Shown here in pieces: positions 29,086 through 38,267 of a stretch of 64,000 nucleotides of DNA. The notes under the pieces were generated by a model. That model ran no database searches, was not told the DNA's origin, and was given only the letters and a program-made list of their open reading frames with translations. A program made the translations under genes and the position numbers. Source of the DNA: a virus (lineage: Duplodnaviria > Caudoviricetes); the IMG/VR virus record IMGVR_UViG_2791355221_000001, positions 1 through 64,000 of that record, one strand, 5' to 3'. Positions within the stretch are counted from its first letter, which is position 1. Each line of letters opens with the position of its first letter.

Positions 29086-30207
29086 TTAAGCCAATTGATA
29101 CATTGCGTATTTTGCAGAAGTAATAATTTTTGTATCCCATTTCTTCTTAACTGTGTAGTCAATGCTGTTGTCAGAGCTATCTTTGGAATCAGTTTGACTA
29201 ATCATTGTCTCGCCCTCAAACGCGATTTTAACGAGTTTGTCTACCATGGTAGCGATAATCAATAGATATTGGTCAGAGATGGCAAGAGTGTCTGTATTTG
29301 GAGTTACGCGTTGATCAAATTTAAACAAACCAGTACCTTGGAAGTTACCCAAATAACCAGCGCCATTATACTCTTGACCTAAGCCGAAAGTTAGATATTG
29401 GCTATCTGGAACCACTTTTGAAAGAGCCACTTTTGTACCAAATGCAACAGCATTTGCACCATGATTAGCTGCTTCTACTAGTTGAACTAGATTATTGAAA
29501 GTCGTTTGAGCAAATGCACCATTTGCTTTGTAAGCAGTACCGAGTGCAGAGTAAGAATTGAAAATGGAATTGTAGATATCAATAGTAATTTGAGTTTCGA
29601 TTGCTTGAGCAACGCGATTAACCCAATCGCCCCAGTTTACTTTACCTGCAATTACACGGTAAAGATCTTCCGCGATAGTTACTTCTCGCATTACTGGAGT
29701 AAGAATAACATCTGTACCAACCAAACGTTGACGATTGCCCTTACGGATGCCATCAGCAAGCTTAGAAACTACAAAAAGGTCATTGTTTGGAACGCTCCAT
29801 ACAAAATTGTCTCCCCAACCAGAAGATTTTACGTCTGCGAATTGATAGAAGTTGTCAAGGACTGTATCAGGAATAACAACATCAAGAATTTCAGAGATGA
29901 TAGCAAACATTGTAAATTTAACATTCGGATGACCCATCATAACGGACTTGCTGAATTCCAAACCTTCTGGAAGATACGCAGAAGCAATAGCTTGTTTAAC
30001 AAGCGCTTCGGAGAATAGTTTTTGTTTCTCTTGATATGTTGTACCTTCTTTTTCAGAGTACATTTTGTACTTAGCGACTTTATTTCTTTCTGCTGGTTTA
30101 GCATTTTCATACTTCCAGTGATAAAATAATTCTACACCTGCTTGAACGATATCTTTTTGATCTTTTGAGAAATTAGTGAAGCGTTGAGAAAAATGTTTGT
30201 GTAACAT
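29086..30207 (-). CDS. Major capsid protein
   Basis: 373 aa after scaffold and decoration genes; terminator at ~29049-29077. Confidence 0.8.
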   Translation of the reverse strand: MLHKHFSQRFTNFSKDQKDIVQAGVELFYHWKYENAKPAERNKVAKYKMYSEKEGTTYQEKQKLFSEALVKQAIASAYLPEGLEFSKSVMMGHPNVKFTMFAIISEILDVVIPDTVLDNFYQFADVKSSGWGDNFVWSVPNNDLFVVSKLADGIRKGNRQRLVGTDVILTPVMREVTIAEDLYRVIAGKVNWGDWVNRVAQAIETQITIDIYNSIFNSYSALGTAYKANGAFAQTTFNNLVQLVEAANHGANAVAFGTKVALSKVVPDSQYLTFGLGQEYNGAGYLGNFQGTGLFKFDQRVTPNTDTLAISDQYLLIIATMVDKLVKIAFEGETMISQTDSKDSSDNSIDYTVKKKWDTKIITSAKYAMYQLA

Positions 30208-30244
30208 AATTAAATTTACATCTCCTTGTTATTTTTATTTTTTA

Positions 30245-30754
30245 TTAGGCTTGTTTTACAACTTCAAGTTGTGTAGCGGCAACACGAGCAGAACCAACTG
30301 AAACAGTAAGTTTTTGAATAACTTGAAATGCAATACGAGTTAGCCCAGTCAAGTCGGCGGCTACAGCAGGTTTCATAGAAGCGTTAACGGGAACAACATA
30401 TTTATTTAGCACTGTTGTGCCAGCGATTCCATCGTCAGTAATTGTAAATGTATCTCCAACTTTAAGGCGGTAAGCACGAGCAGGACGGTTTTTAGCATTA
30501 GTAAACAGTGTAACATCTGTCAATGGTACACGTAATCCGTTAACCTCAATAATTTCAGGCGATTGAACAAGAACAACTTCATCTTTTGTTACATCTACTG
30601 GTGCTGCAACAACGCGAATATCTGGATTACCTGCAAGAACTCCTCCAAGAACTACCAGACTACCATTGTCCATATCGACTGTGTTTTGTACCGAAATTAC
30701 ACAAGTATCCAATTGATTACCTGCCATTTTGTTTAAAGTAACGTAAGCTGACAT
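30245..30754 (-). CDS. Capsid decoration/cement protein
   Basis: DNG.LV.LG, F.N....ARAY.L..GD.F motifs; between scaffold and capsid. Confidence 0.65.
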   Translation of the reverse strand: MSAYVTLNKMAGNQLDTCVISVQNTVDMDNGSLVVLGGVLAGNPDIRVVAAPVDVTKDEVVLVQSPEIIEVNGLRVPLTDVTLFTNAKNRPARAYRLKVGDTFTITDDGIAGTTVLNKYVVPVNASMKPAVAADLTGLTRIAFQVIQKLTVSVGSARVAATQLEVVKQA

Positions 30755-30781
30755 TAATAAAACATCTCCTTATTTTTTATA

Positions 30782-32416
30782 TTATTTATTATTTTTATTT
30801 TTTAGCCTTGACCAAACACTGTCATCATCGGATTCTTTTTGTTCGGTTAGTTCACGAGGAATTCCTACAAACATATGTCCGCTTTTTTTGTCATTTGTTT
30901 TAGCCAGAAGTTTATCACAAGCAAAAGACTTCAAATCTTTAATAAATTCATCTGCATTTTCACAATGACCTGCTTTTTCTTTGAAGGATTCCAATTCTTC
31001 CTTATCAAGAACATTAGAAAACTTTTGGAAAGCTTCGTTGATTTTTTCTTGTTTTTCATTATTTTCATATGAAGACTTAAATTCTTGAAGTTTTGTTAAT
31101 TCTACCTCTAAAGCAGTATACTTCTGATTTAATTCAAGTAGTGCATCAGTTTTCTCATCAATCTCTTTTTGGAAGTCGAGTTGCTTTTGTTCGAATTGAC
31201 TTTCAACCTCTTTTGTTGCAACTTTTAATTTATATTCCATAACTTCATCAGGAACAAAATTAAACTCTAAAACTTCTTCTGAAGTGTCTTGAGCCAATTC
31301 CATTTTCTTCCACTCGTCTTTATATCTTGATTGTGTTTCATAATTAATGGAAACAAAGTCACCATTAATTGAGAATTCGTAACCGAAATATGTAGATTTT
31401 TCGTAATTATAAACGATGACTACTTTCTCTTCAGTGAGATAATCTACAAGATACTCATCACAGTATTCATAACCCCACGAGTCTGTTTTTTTGTTTTGTC
31501 TAACAATTCTACGAAGTTCATCTTCAAGTTGTTCACTTGACCAAGAAAATGTACTCTTTGGATTAGACTCGCTAAAAGTATCTTTGATTTTTGCTTCTAA
31601 CTCATCCAAAGATAGTTCTTCATGATTAATACTCTTAGAGGACAAATCATCAATTGTTAAGCTGTATTTTTGTAGTAACTCTAAAACCTTATCCAATTTC
31701 TTACCTCCTTCATGTAATTCTTCCGCAACAACACTTTCTATTTGTTGCAGAGATTGAGTAAATATTGTTTTAAAGCATTCCATTTTTTCATTAACTTCTT
31801 TAGCGAAGTCCTGTTCAGAGAATTGAACTTCGATAGTGGCGTTTTGCATAGCAGGCTTAACACCTAATCCCAATCCACATGCACCAAAGAAACTGAATTT
31901 ACTAAAATGGAAATATCCGTCTTCTTTAAATTCGCCTTCATAGTCATCTGCTATTTCCATCGATTCTGCCTTAATCAAGTCTCTCGTTAAAATATCGACT
32001 GGATCATCAAATTTGCGCCAAATAAGACCCTCTACAGTCAAAAATGACCTAGTAACTCCATCGTCACATAGACGGTCTTCAAATTGAGCATTATTTTCAC
32101 TTGGGATTACACCGATTGCTGAGCCAAAATATTTAACGTTGTATTTACCATCTTTCTTAACTAACCCCTGACGGTGGTCTGAAAAGTCTTCATCGCCATC
32201 AGCGTTCTCTTCGATGTAAGCTAATATTGGCGTGTTTGCAAGTGTGGGTACTGCTGCTTCCACAACTTCCTTTGAGAAGTAAGAATGATTGAGATTTTCT
32301 AAGGTATGCATTAGCCATATTTTCACTTTAAGGAAACGAATGTCTTCTTCAGATGATTCATAATGATTAAGCTTTTGAAATAACACTGGCATTGACTTTT
32401 TTATAGCATCTTTCAA
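30782..32416 (-). CDS. Prohead protease / scaffold protein (YonD-like)
   Basis: HTLENLNHSYFSKE, DFSDH, ESMEI, G.CGLG..V.PAM, then an acidic coiled coil. Confidence 0.75.
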   Translation of the reverse strand: MKDAIKKSMPVLFQKLNHYESSEEDIRFLKVKIWLMHTLENLNHSYFSKEVVEAAVPTLANTPILAYIEENADGDEDFSDHRQGLVKKDGKYNVKYFGSAIGVIPSENNAQFEDRLCDDGVTRSFLTVEGLIWRKFDDPVDILTRDLIKAESMEIADDYEGEFKEDGYFHFSKFSFFGACGLGLGVKPAMQNATIEVQFSEQDFAKEVNEKMECFKTIFTQSLQQIESVVAEELHEGGKKLDKVLELLQKYSLTIDDLSSKSINHEELSLDELEAKIKDTFSESNPKSTFSWSSEQLEDELRRIVRQNKKTDSWGYEYCDEYLVDYLTEEKVVIVYNYEKSTYFGYEFSINGDFVSINYETQSRYKDEWKKMELAQDTSEEVLEFNFVPDEVMEYKLKVATKEVESQFEQKQLDFQKEIDEKTDALLELNQKYTALEVELTKLQEFKSSYENNEKQEKINEAFQKFSNVLDKEELESFKEKAGHCENADEFIKDLKSFACDKLLAKTNDKKSGHMFVGIPRELTEQKESDDDSVWSRLKNKNNK

Positions 32417-32446
32417 CTAATTTCACCACCTTCCCGAAGAGTATTG

Positions 32447-34006
32447 TTATGTTCGCATTCCATCTAAGTTTGAACCATTATCAATTGTTTTTTGACCATC
32501 ATCGGTAATGTCAGACTTCTTAGGTGCTCCACTCTTATCTTTACCTGACTGAGTGTGCGCCGAAAGCAAGGGCTTCATAATCGAATCTAGGTTTAGACTA
32601 TTTTCGAAATTGGTTAAGTTAACTAGTTGGGATGGAGTTAAACCAAGACTAGCTGCAACTAAAAGTCTTGGGAAGCCATACTGTGCTGCCTGTATATAAG
32701 CATCTAATTTATCCTTTTGATTAAATCTTGTGATATCAGGAAATGTGATTTTAAATCTAAATCGTCCAGATACTTCGCGAAGTTTAAAATTAACAAATCT
32801 CTCAAAAATACGATACATATGAAGGACGTAATTTTCATCCGTCTGAATGGATGCTTTGATGCCCACACCATTTGATTTTTTCTCACCAAATAAAACAGGA
32901 GACGTACCTGACGACTCATAAAAGTGCTGTTGACCAATTCCAACAATATCGTTTTTACCTTGTGAGTCAGAAAAATCAATAGTTTCAGAATCTAGAGGCG
33001 TAGTAACCACTTTCACGCCTTCTGGCATAGTAGACTGCATTAAGCTTGAGAATTTACCCGCGGTGTCAGCGGCGATAGCAAAATTATCTTTCTTGTTCCC
33101 GTTCTTTTCGTCTTTATGAAGTGGGATTTTATTCAAGATAATTTTCCATACTTCTAATTGTGTTTTCGTTTTAAGAAGATTCTTGTAGGCTGCTATTTCC
33201 ACGCTATCAACAAATAACCCCATCAGTGGTGGGGTTTGACCTGCTCTATTCTCATCAAACTTAAATACAAACGCTTTCGACGGATCAAGAGTTACCCAGT
33301 ACATGTAGCCTTTATTTTTATCAGTGCCATCTATAAAATCTAAATAGTACTGAGCAAATTCAGGTGCATAGTCGTCGATATTGACACCCATTTGCATAAA
33401 GTAGTACATATTGAAAGCGTATTGATACCCCAACTCTGTTTTATTAACTATCTTACAATAGGCGCTAGGCATTTCTTGAAGCATTGTTTTATCGTTTACT
33501 TCTCTAACATAGTAAAATTTAGCATCTTCTAAAATGCACATTTTGGTTATTTGAGGAAAGGCCATTTTAGGATTTAGAGAGTCTAACCAGTCGCAAACTT
33601 TTTGATAACTCTTCTTAAATGCCTTTGATTTCATATCCTCAGCATCAGCATTTGTAGGCTCAATAAAGTAATCGAAAGTGAGAATTGAACCGTAATGATG
33701 AACAAGCCGATTGAACTGCATTATGTAGTTTTCAAGGTATTGTGCTAAATCACGTAATGCTTTCTCGTTTGACTTTGGATTGGAAATTAATTCTTCTACA
33801 GTTTTGCGGTCATATTTAGCAGGAGACATGTTGATATTCTTAAGTAGTTCGTTCTGCCAAATGGGATTGTAAAAAATAGAATTACTTGCAGCACTATTAA
33901 TCGATTTCGCATATTCAAGAGCATAATTCAACAAGTCAGGAAGTTCATTATTCATTTCTACATTTTTATCTTTGTCCAAAAAATCACCTACTTTCATTTG
34001 AGACAT
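32447..34006 (-). CDS. Portal protein
   Basis: 519 aa directly after TerL; MKPL.SAHTQSG C-terminus. Confidence 0.8.
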   Translation of the reverse strand: MSQMKVGDFLDKDKNVEMNNELPDLLNYALEYAKSINSAASNSIFYNPIWQNELLKNINMSPAKYDRKTVEELISNPKSNEKALRDLAQYLENYIMQFNRLVHHYGSILTFDYFIEPTNADAEDMKSKAFKKSYQKVCDWLDSLNPKMAFPQITKMCILEDAKFYYVREVNDKTMLQEMPSAYCKIVNKTELGYQYAFNMYYFMQMGVNIDDYAPEFAQYYLDFIDGTDKNKGYMYWVTLDPSKAFVFKFDENRAGQTPPLMGLFVDSVEIAAYKNLLKTKTQLEVWKIILNKIPLHKDEKNGNKKDNFAIAADTAGKFSSLMQSTMPEGVKVVTTPLDSETIDFSDSQGKNDIVGIGQQHFYESSGTSPVLFGEKKSNGVGIKASIQTDENYVLHMYRIFERFVNFKLREVSGRFRFKITFPDITRFNQKDKLDAYIQAAQYGFPRLLVAASLGLTPSQLVNLTNFENSLNLDSIMKPLLSAHTQSGKDKSGAPKKSDITDDGQKTIDNGSNLDGMRT

Positions 34007-34013
34007 AGTACTA

Positions 34014-35753
34014 CTAAACGAAGAGATAGTCTAAAATATCAACTTCTTCATCATCTTTTTTGATATCTTCGTAGTGTTTTAGATAATACAAAATATAAGC
34101 AAGTGCTGCCCAAATATCTTTCTCTGTTTTTTTTGCTACTTGTTCTACACTTAATTTTCCACCTTGTTTTTGAACAAGCTTGAGATTTGCTGTTTGATCA
34201 ATTAGTTGATCTGTTTGATAGTGAGCAGCTTTAATTTGCGCATTATCTTTGCTGACTCTATTTTTATCATTAGTTTCAATTAATTTACTTGGAACCAATA
34301 GCCTCAATCGACCACTTTCAACAAAATCAATAAAATTTGTTACAATATCAGTCTGAATTCCCTGAGCCTTTAAACTAAATATCTTCTTAGGTGAAGAATT
34401 ATTTTGAGCAATTTCGTCAGTATTAAGCGTATCCCAACTTTCATAAGGGTCGTTCTGCAATGGGTCAATGGTCTCTTTCATTAATTCTTCAACAACGCCT
34501 TGACCAATACCGTTAGCATCAACTACGGTTACATTTCCACCATAATGCTTATCTAGCCTCTTTAAAAACATAGCCTGTTCATTGAAATTTGTTCCATTGG
34601 GTGGAACGAAAATATTGCAAACTGTCGCTGTCTTGATTTTTCCGTTTGAAGATCGTTCAACTTCAATGACAACAAATGCCGATTTATTATTATTGTTTGA
34701 TTGAGAACGTGCAATATCTGCACCTATAAAATACTCTCGATTTTTACGGGGCTGAATGCTCGCAGTAGGAACTGTTCTCAATTCTAATAACTTATTAATA
34801 CTAACTAGCGCACCATCAGTTGCTCCAACCCAACGCGACTCATAGTTTTGACTAAATGACACTGAACTCGTTGTTGGGTCATCTTTTTTTGCTAGGATTT
34901 GGCTTCTAGTTTCTCCTCTTCCGTAATGACAGGGCAGTTCCCAACTTGCGCCTAAAACCATCTTCCCTTTTAGTTCTGCCATCTCATCTATCATGTTTAT
35001 CAGACGAATAAACTCATCGCTCCCACGATATCCGCTAGTGGTTAAGTAATTGATCATGCCATTTAACTCATAAGGGTTGATAGTGGATAGCTTACCAATA
35101 GTCCTTCTAGGAACGTTTACTACTGGTTCGAGCGCATCTTTAAAAAGGGCATTGTTTAATAACGCAGATTCCTCAACATTGAGCCTACGTCTTCTTTGTC
35201 CCTTTGAATGCTGGGAATTCGCTAAAACAGTATAGATTGCCCCCGATGTGAAAATGACTTCGACTTGATCTTTTGAAAAACTTGATTTTACAATTTCATT
35301 ATTCATTAACGGAAACCATTTAATAATTTCATTGTGCTTTTCTTCACTAATGGAACTAGCATTCTCACGAGTTTGAGCACTCATGGCCAACGTTATATCA
35401 GGAAAATGAATCGCAGTGTGATATATGCTCATTAGCTCAATCATCGTTTTCCCAAAGCCGCGGGGGAATACTCCGTATGTGCTGACAAAGCGACTCATCG
35501 AGCGCAAGAACACTCTCTGGTCTAAATCTAGCCTCATTCCACCTTTTTCTGGTGAGATGAGATCGTAAAATAGATCTGGAAACCATTTGCTCCATTGAAT
35601 AAATTGAATCCACTTGTCTAAATTTCTGTCAAAAGAACTTCCTTTTAGTTCATCCAATTTAACATTTGAATTAAAATCAGGATTATCACCCACGCGGGAG
35701 CTTTTTCTACTGTGTTTGAAATTATCGCTTTGAAAATTATTATGACTAGCCAC
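34014..35753 (-). CDS. Terminase large subunit
   Basis: PRGFGKT Walker A, LNVEES Walker B, GADIAR, VVDANGIG, KDIWAAL nuclease motifs. Confidence 0.92.
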   Translation of the reverse strand: MASHNNFQSDNFKHSRKSSRVGDNPDFNSNVKLDELKGSSFDRNLDKWIQFIQWSKWFPDLFYDLISPEKGGMRLDLDQRVFLRSMSRFVSTYGVFPRGFGKTMIELMSIYHTAIHFPDITLAMSAQTRENASSISEEKHNEIIKWFPLMNNEIVKSSFSKDQVEVIFTSGAIYTVLANSQHSKGQRRRRLNVEESALLNNALFKDALEPVVNVPRRTIGKLSTINPYELNGMINYLTTSGYRGSDEFIRLINMIDEMAELKGKMVLGASWELPCHYGRGETRSQILAKKDDPTTSSVSFSQNYESRWVGATDGALVSINKLLELRTVPTASIQPRKNREYFIGADIARSQSNNNNKSAFVVIEVERSSNGKIKTATVCNIFVPPNGTNFNEQAMFLKRLDKHYGGNVTVVDANGIGQGVVEELMKETIDPLQNDPYESWDTLNTDEIAQNNSSPKKIFSLKAQGIQTDIVTNFIDFVESGRLRLLVPSKLIETNDKNRVSKDNAQIKAAHYQTDQLIDQTANLKLVQKQGGKLSVEQVAKKTEKDIWAALAYILYYLKHYEDIKKDDEEVDILDYLFV

Positions 35754-36717
35754 TTACATCATCTTCTTCATTGCCAAAGGAACTATCACTCATTTGACTT
35801 TCATAATCTTGTTTCTTCTTATCATAAAACGCGTATATTTCTTTATATTCACACTCAGGAAGCCCCTTCAAATCCCGAACATAATTAATGAAACACCACA
35901 AAGTCACATCAACTTTATCTTTTGGTTGCTCAGTAAAGTGGGGGAGAAGGGGCATGATTTCATGGTTTTCTTCAACCATTCTTGCAAGTTGGCCAAATGT
36001 ATCTAATCCACCCGACAAATCCGCTTTACTCATCTGTGACGGTTTAAGTTTTCCTGCTTCAGCTACATCTTTAACCATTGCAGCCCATTCTTTAGCTTCT
36101 TTGAAGTTACCTTTTGCTTTAGCTAAAGTTTCTTTAACTTTATTTACACAAAACTCTCTAAAATACTCCTCGTGCATAGTAGTAAGGAGTTGAAAGCTTG
36201 TTTTTAATTGCTGATACTTATCTTCGAATAGATAATATTCATCATCTGGATAACCATATCCATATTTACTCTTTAATTGACTTAAATCATAACTGACATT
36301 GAGTTTTCTTTGTGTATCATCAGATGAAAAGTGCGAATTCGGAATTATTTGTTCTTTATTGTTTTTATTGAGATGAATAGCATCATCGCTATCTTTCCAA
36401 GTTAAATCTCTATAATTTAAGTAAATCGATTTGATGTACATGCCCCATGGATTTTTATTTCTGTTTTCGCCCTCTGAAACCGAGGAGTCCCATTGATGTT
36501 GAATAAATGGCTTGTTAAGTTGCAAGAGCATGTCTTTTACTGATTGGATTCTACTAACATCTACATTATCGCTTACACATTTTTTGCAAATACTGACACG
36601 TTTATGCGAATCAATTGGGTTAGTTGAAACATAAAATTGATCAAGTGTTTTAGGTGTTCCACAACTAGAGCATGGCTTATATATTTTCTCATTTGATTCT
36701 TTTTTTTGTATTACCAC
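35746..36717 (-). CDS. Terminase small subunit-like protein
   Basis: CSSC..FY....CKKC zinc finger; overlaps the TerL start. Confidence 0.65.
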   Translation of the reverse strand: MVIQKKESNEKIYKPCSSCGTPKTLDQFYVSTNPIDSHKRVSICKKCVSDNVDVSRIQSVKDMLLQLNKPFIQHQWDSSVSEGENRNKNPWGMYIKSIYLNYRDLTWKDSDDAIHLNKNNKEQIIPNSHFSSDDTQRKLNVSYDLSQLKSKYGYGYPDDEYYLFEDKYQQLKTSFQLLTTMHEEYFREFCVNKVKETLAKAKGNFKEAKEWAAMVKDVAEAGKLKPSQMSKADLSGGLDTFGQLARMVEENHEIMPLLPHFTEQPKDKVDVTLWCFINYVRDLKGLPECEYKEIYAFYDKKKQDYESQMSDSSFGNEEDDVSG

Positions 36718-36834
36718 TCTTTACACCTTCTCCCGTATTTAGAAATAAGATCAGTGGACGGAACTCTCTAGGGAGTATCAAGTCCACCTTTACATGTCCT
36801 TTCAAATGAGGACAATTCCACCGAAATGGTTTAC

Positions 36835-36890
36835 ACAAAAGTGCAAACTAAAAAGCACCCGAAATGTCGGATGCTCGAACTTTACACTTT
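36835..36890 (-). terminator. Intrinsic terminator nested in an outer stem
   Basis: AGCATCCGA-CATT-TCGGGTGCT-TTTT enclosed by AAAGTGTAAA / TTTGCACTTT. Confidence 0.65.
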
Positions 36891-36922
36891 CCTATGAAAT
36901 TGTAGTTTTATCGTTAATTTTA

Positions 36923-37078
36923 TTACACAGCTAATACATTTGGAATTATCACTGGTTGAGTAGGAAACTCACTATCTTTTTCTATTGCAATCGCGTATCC
37001 AGAATAAAGAATTTCAATAATGATGTACGTTCTATTATTGTAAACAACTTCTTTATTTGACACATCAAACATATCCAT
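36923..37078 (-). CDS. 51-aa hypothetical protein
   Basis: Read by hand (MDMFDVSNKEVVYNNRTYIIIEILYSGY...); SD GAGGAAG/GTGGA. Confidence 0.45.
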   Translation of the reverse strand: MDMFDVSNKEVVYNNRTYIIIEILYSGYAIAIEKDSEFPTQPVIIPNVLAV

Positions 37079-37095
37079 TTATTTCCACTTCCTCA

Positions 37096-38151
37096 TTATG
37101 AGATTCTAGATAAAATATTATATAAATACCTACGTGGCTTAGTCTTGTTATATTGCCGCAATCCTAAATCATAAAGGAATTCTATATCTCTGTTCCTAAT
37201 GGCATGTAAATAAACTTTCGGAAAAAAACTGATCGATCCGTTGTTAAATGTGCTTTCAATTAGATTGTTGTCAGATACATATTTTTCTATTTGTGCTTTC
37301 ATTTCTACATCACTTAATTGACTATTAAATAAATTAACCAAGCAAGTTTTAAATGAGTTTAGTAACATGATACAAATTCCATAAGATTGCTTTTCTCGAC
37401 TGTCGTGAAAATGCTCTTCCACTACTTCCTTTTGGATCTGATATCCACTAATAGTGTCATCAAATAAATAGGGCATATACTTGCTTGTGAACCCACCTTG
37501 TCTATAGTAGTAAAGAGGTTTATCAATAACTTTTACTTTTTTTGCAATTAAAAACATTTCCAAGTTATAGAAAAGGTCATCTCCTAAAAAGTGAATTCGA
37601 TTTAAATACTTGCCACTTTTTTCTAAGATTTCTCTTCTATACAATTTTCCGTGTAAGCTTGCAGGAAATGGATGCCCATGTAAATAAGCAGTTGCTAATT
37701 CATTTTTTATTTCTTCACCATCATAAACTTTGTCTAATTTAAAAAACCAACTTGTATTCTTTTGTTTTATTAGTTGACTATTACCTAGAACCTTATAGGT
37801 GTTACACACTGTAATGTCTACATCACTTTTAATAGTTGTGTTGTACAGTATTTCTATAGCTGTTTTGTCTATCCAATCATCTGCGTCCACAAACATGACA
37901 TATTCAGACTTAGAAATTTTGATTCCTTTGTTTCTTGTGGCAATACTACCCTCATTTTGTTTGCTAATTAAAATTATTCGATTATCCTGCTCACAATACC
38001 GCTGACAAATTTTTAAACTGTCATCATTAGATCCATCATTCACTAAAATTAATTCAAAATCTTTAAATGTTTGATTGAGAATAGATTTAATGCATTTATC
38101 GAGTTTTTTTTCTGCATTATATATAGGAACGACAACACTTACGGCACTCAT
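37096..38151 (-). CDS. Family 2 glycosyltransferase
   Basis: VSVVVPIYNAE, ILVNDGS.D.S, RN.G, FVDADD, DDL.YN, LYYYR. Confidence 0.93.
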   Translation of the reverse strand: MSAVSVVVPIYNAEKKLDKCIKSILNQTFKDFELILVNDGSNDDSLKICQRYCEQDNRIILISKQNEGSIATRNKGIKISKSEYVMFVDADDWIDKTAIEILYNTTIKSDVDITVCNTYKVLGNSQLIKQKNTSWFFKLDKVYDGEEIKNELATAYLHGHPFPASLHGKLYRREILEKSGKYLNRIHFLGDDLFYNLEMFLIAKKVKVIDKPLYYYRQGGFTSKYMPYLFDDTISGYQIQKEVVEEHFHDSREKQSYGICIMLLNSFKTCLVNLFNSQLSDVEMKAQIEKYVSDNNLIESTFNNGSISFFPKVYLHAIRNRDIEFLYDLGLRQYNKTKPRRYLYNILSRIS

Positions 38152-38267
38152 TGAAATTCCCTCCTTATTAATCCCTCCATATCCATAATATCACATTCTT
38201 TATAAAGAACAAAGATATAAATAATAAGATAAGGAGCGGTTATTTTTAAAGGAGTTAGTTAATGAAA

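Noticed and set aside
29506-30018. Plus-strand ORFs antisense to structural genes (for example 170 aa opposite the capsid; also 6597, 9760, 24920, 49587, and minus-strand 59764)
   Set aside because: Shadow frames of well-supported genes, with no motifs or SD.
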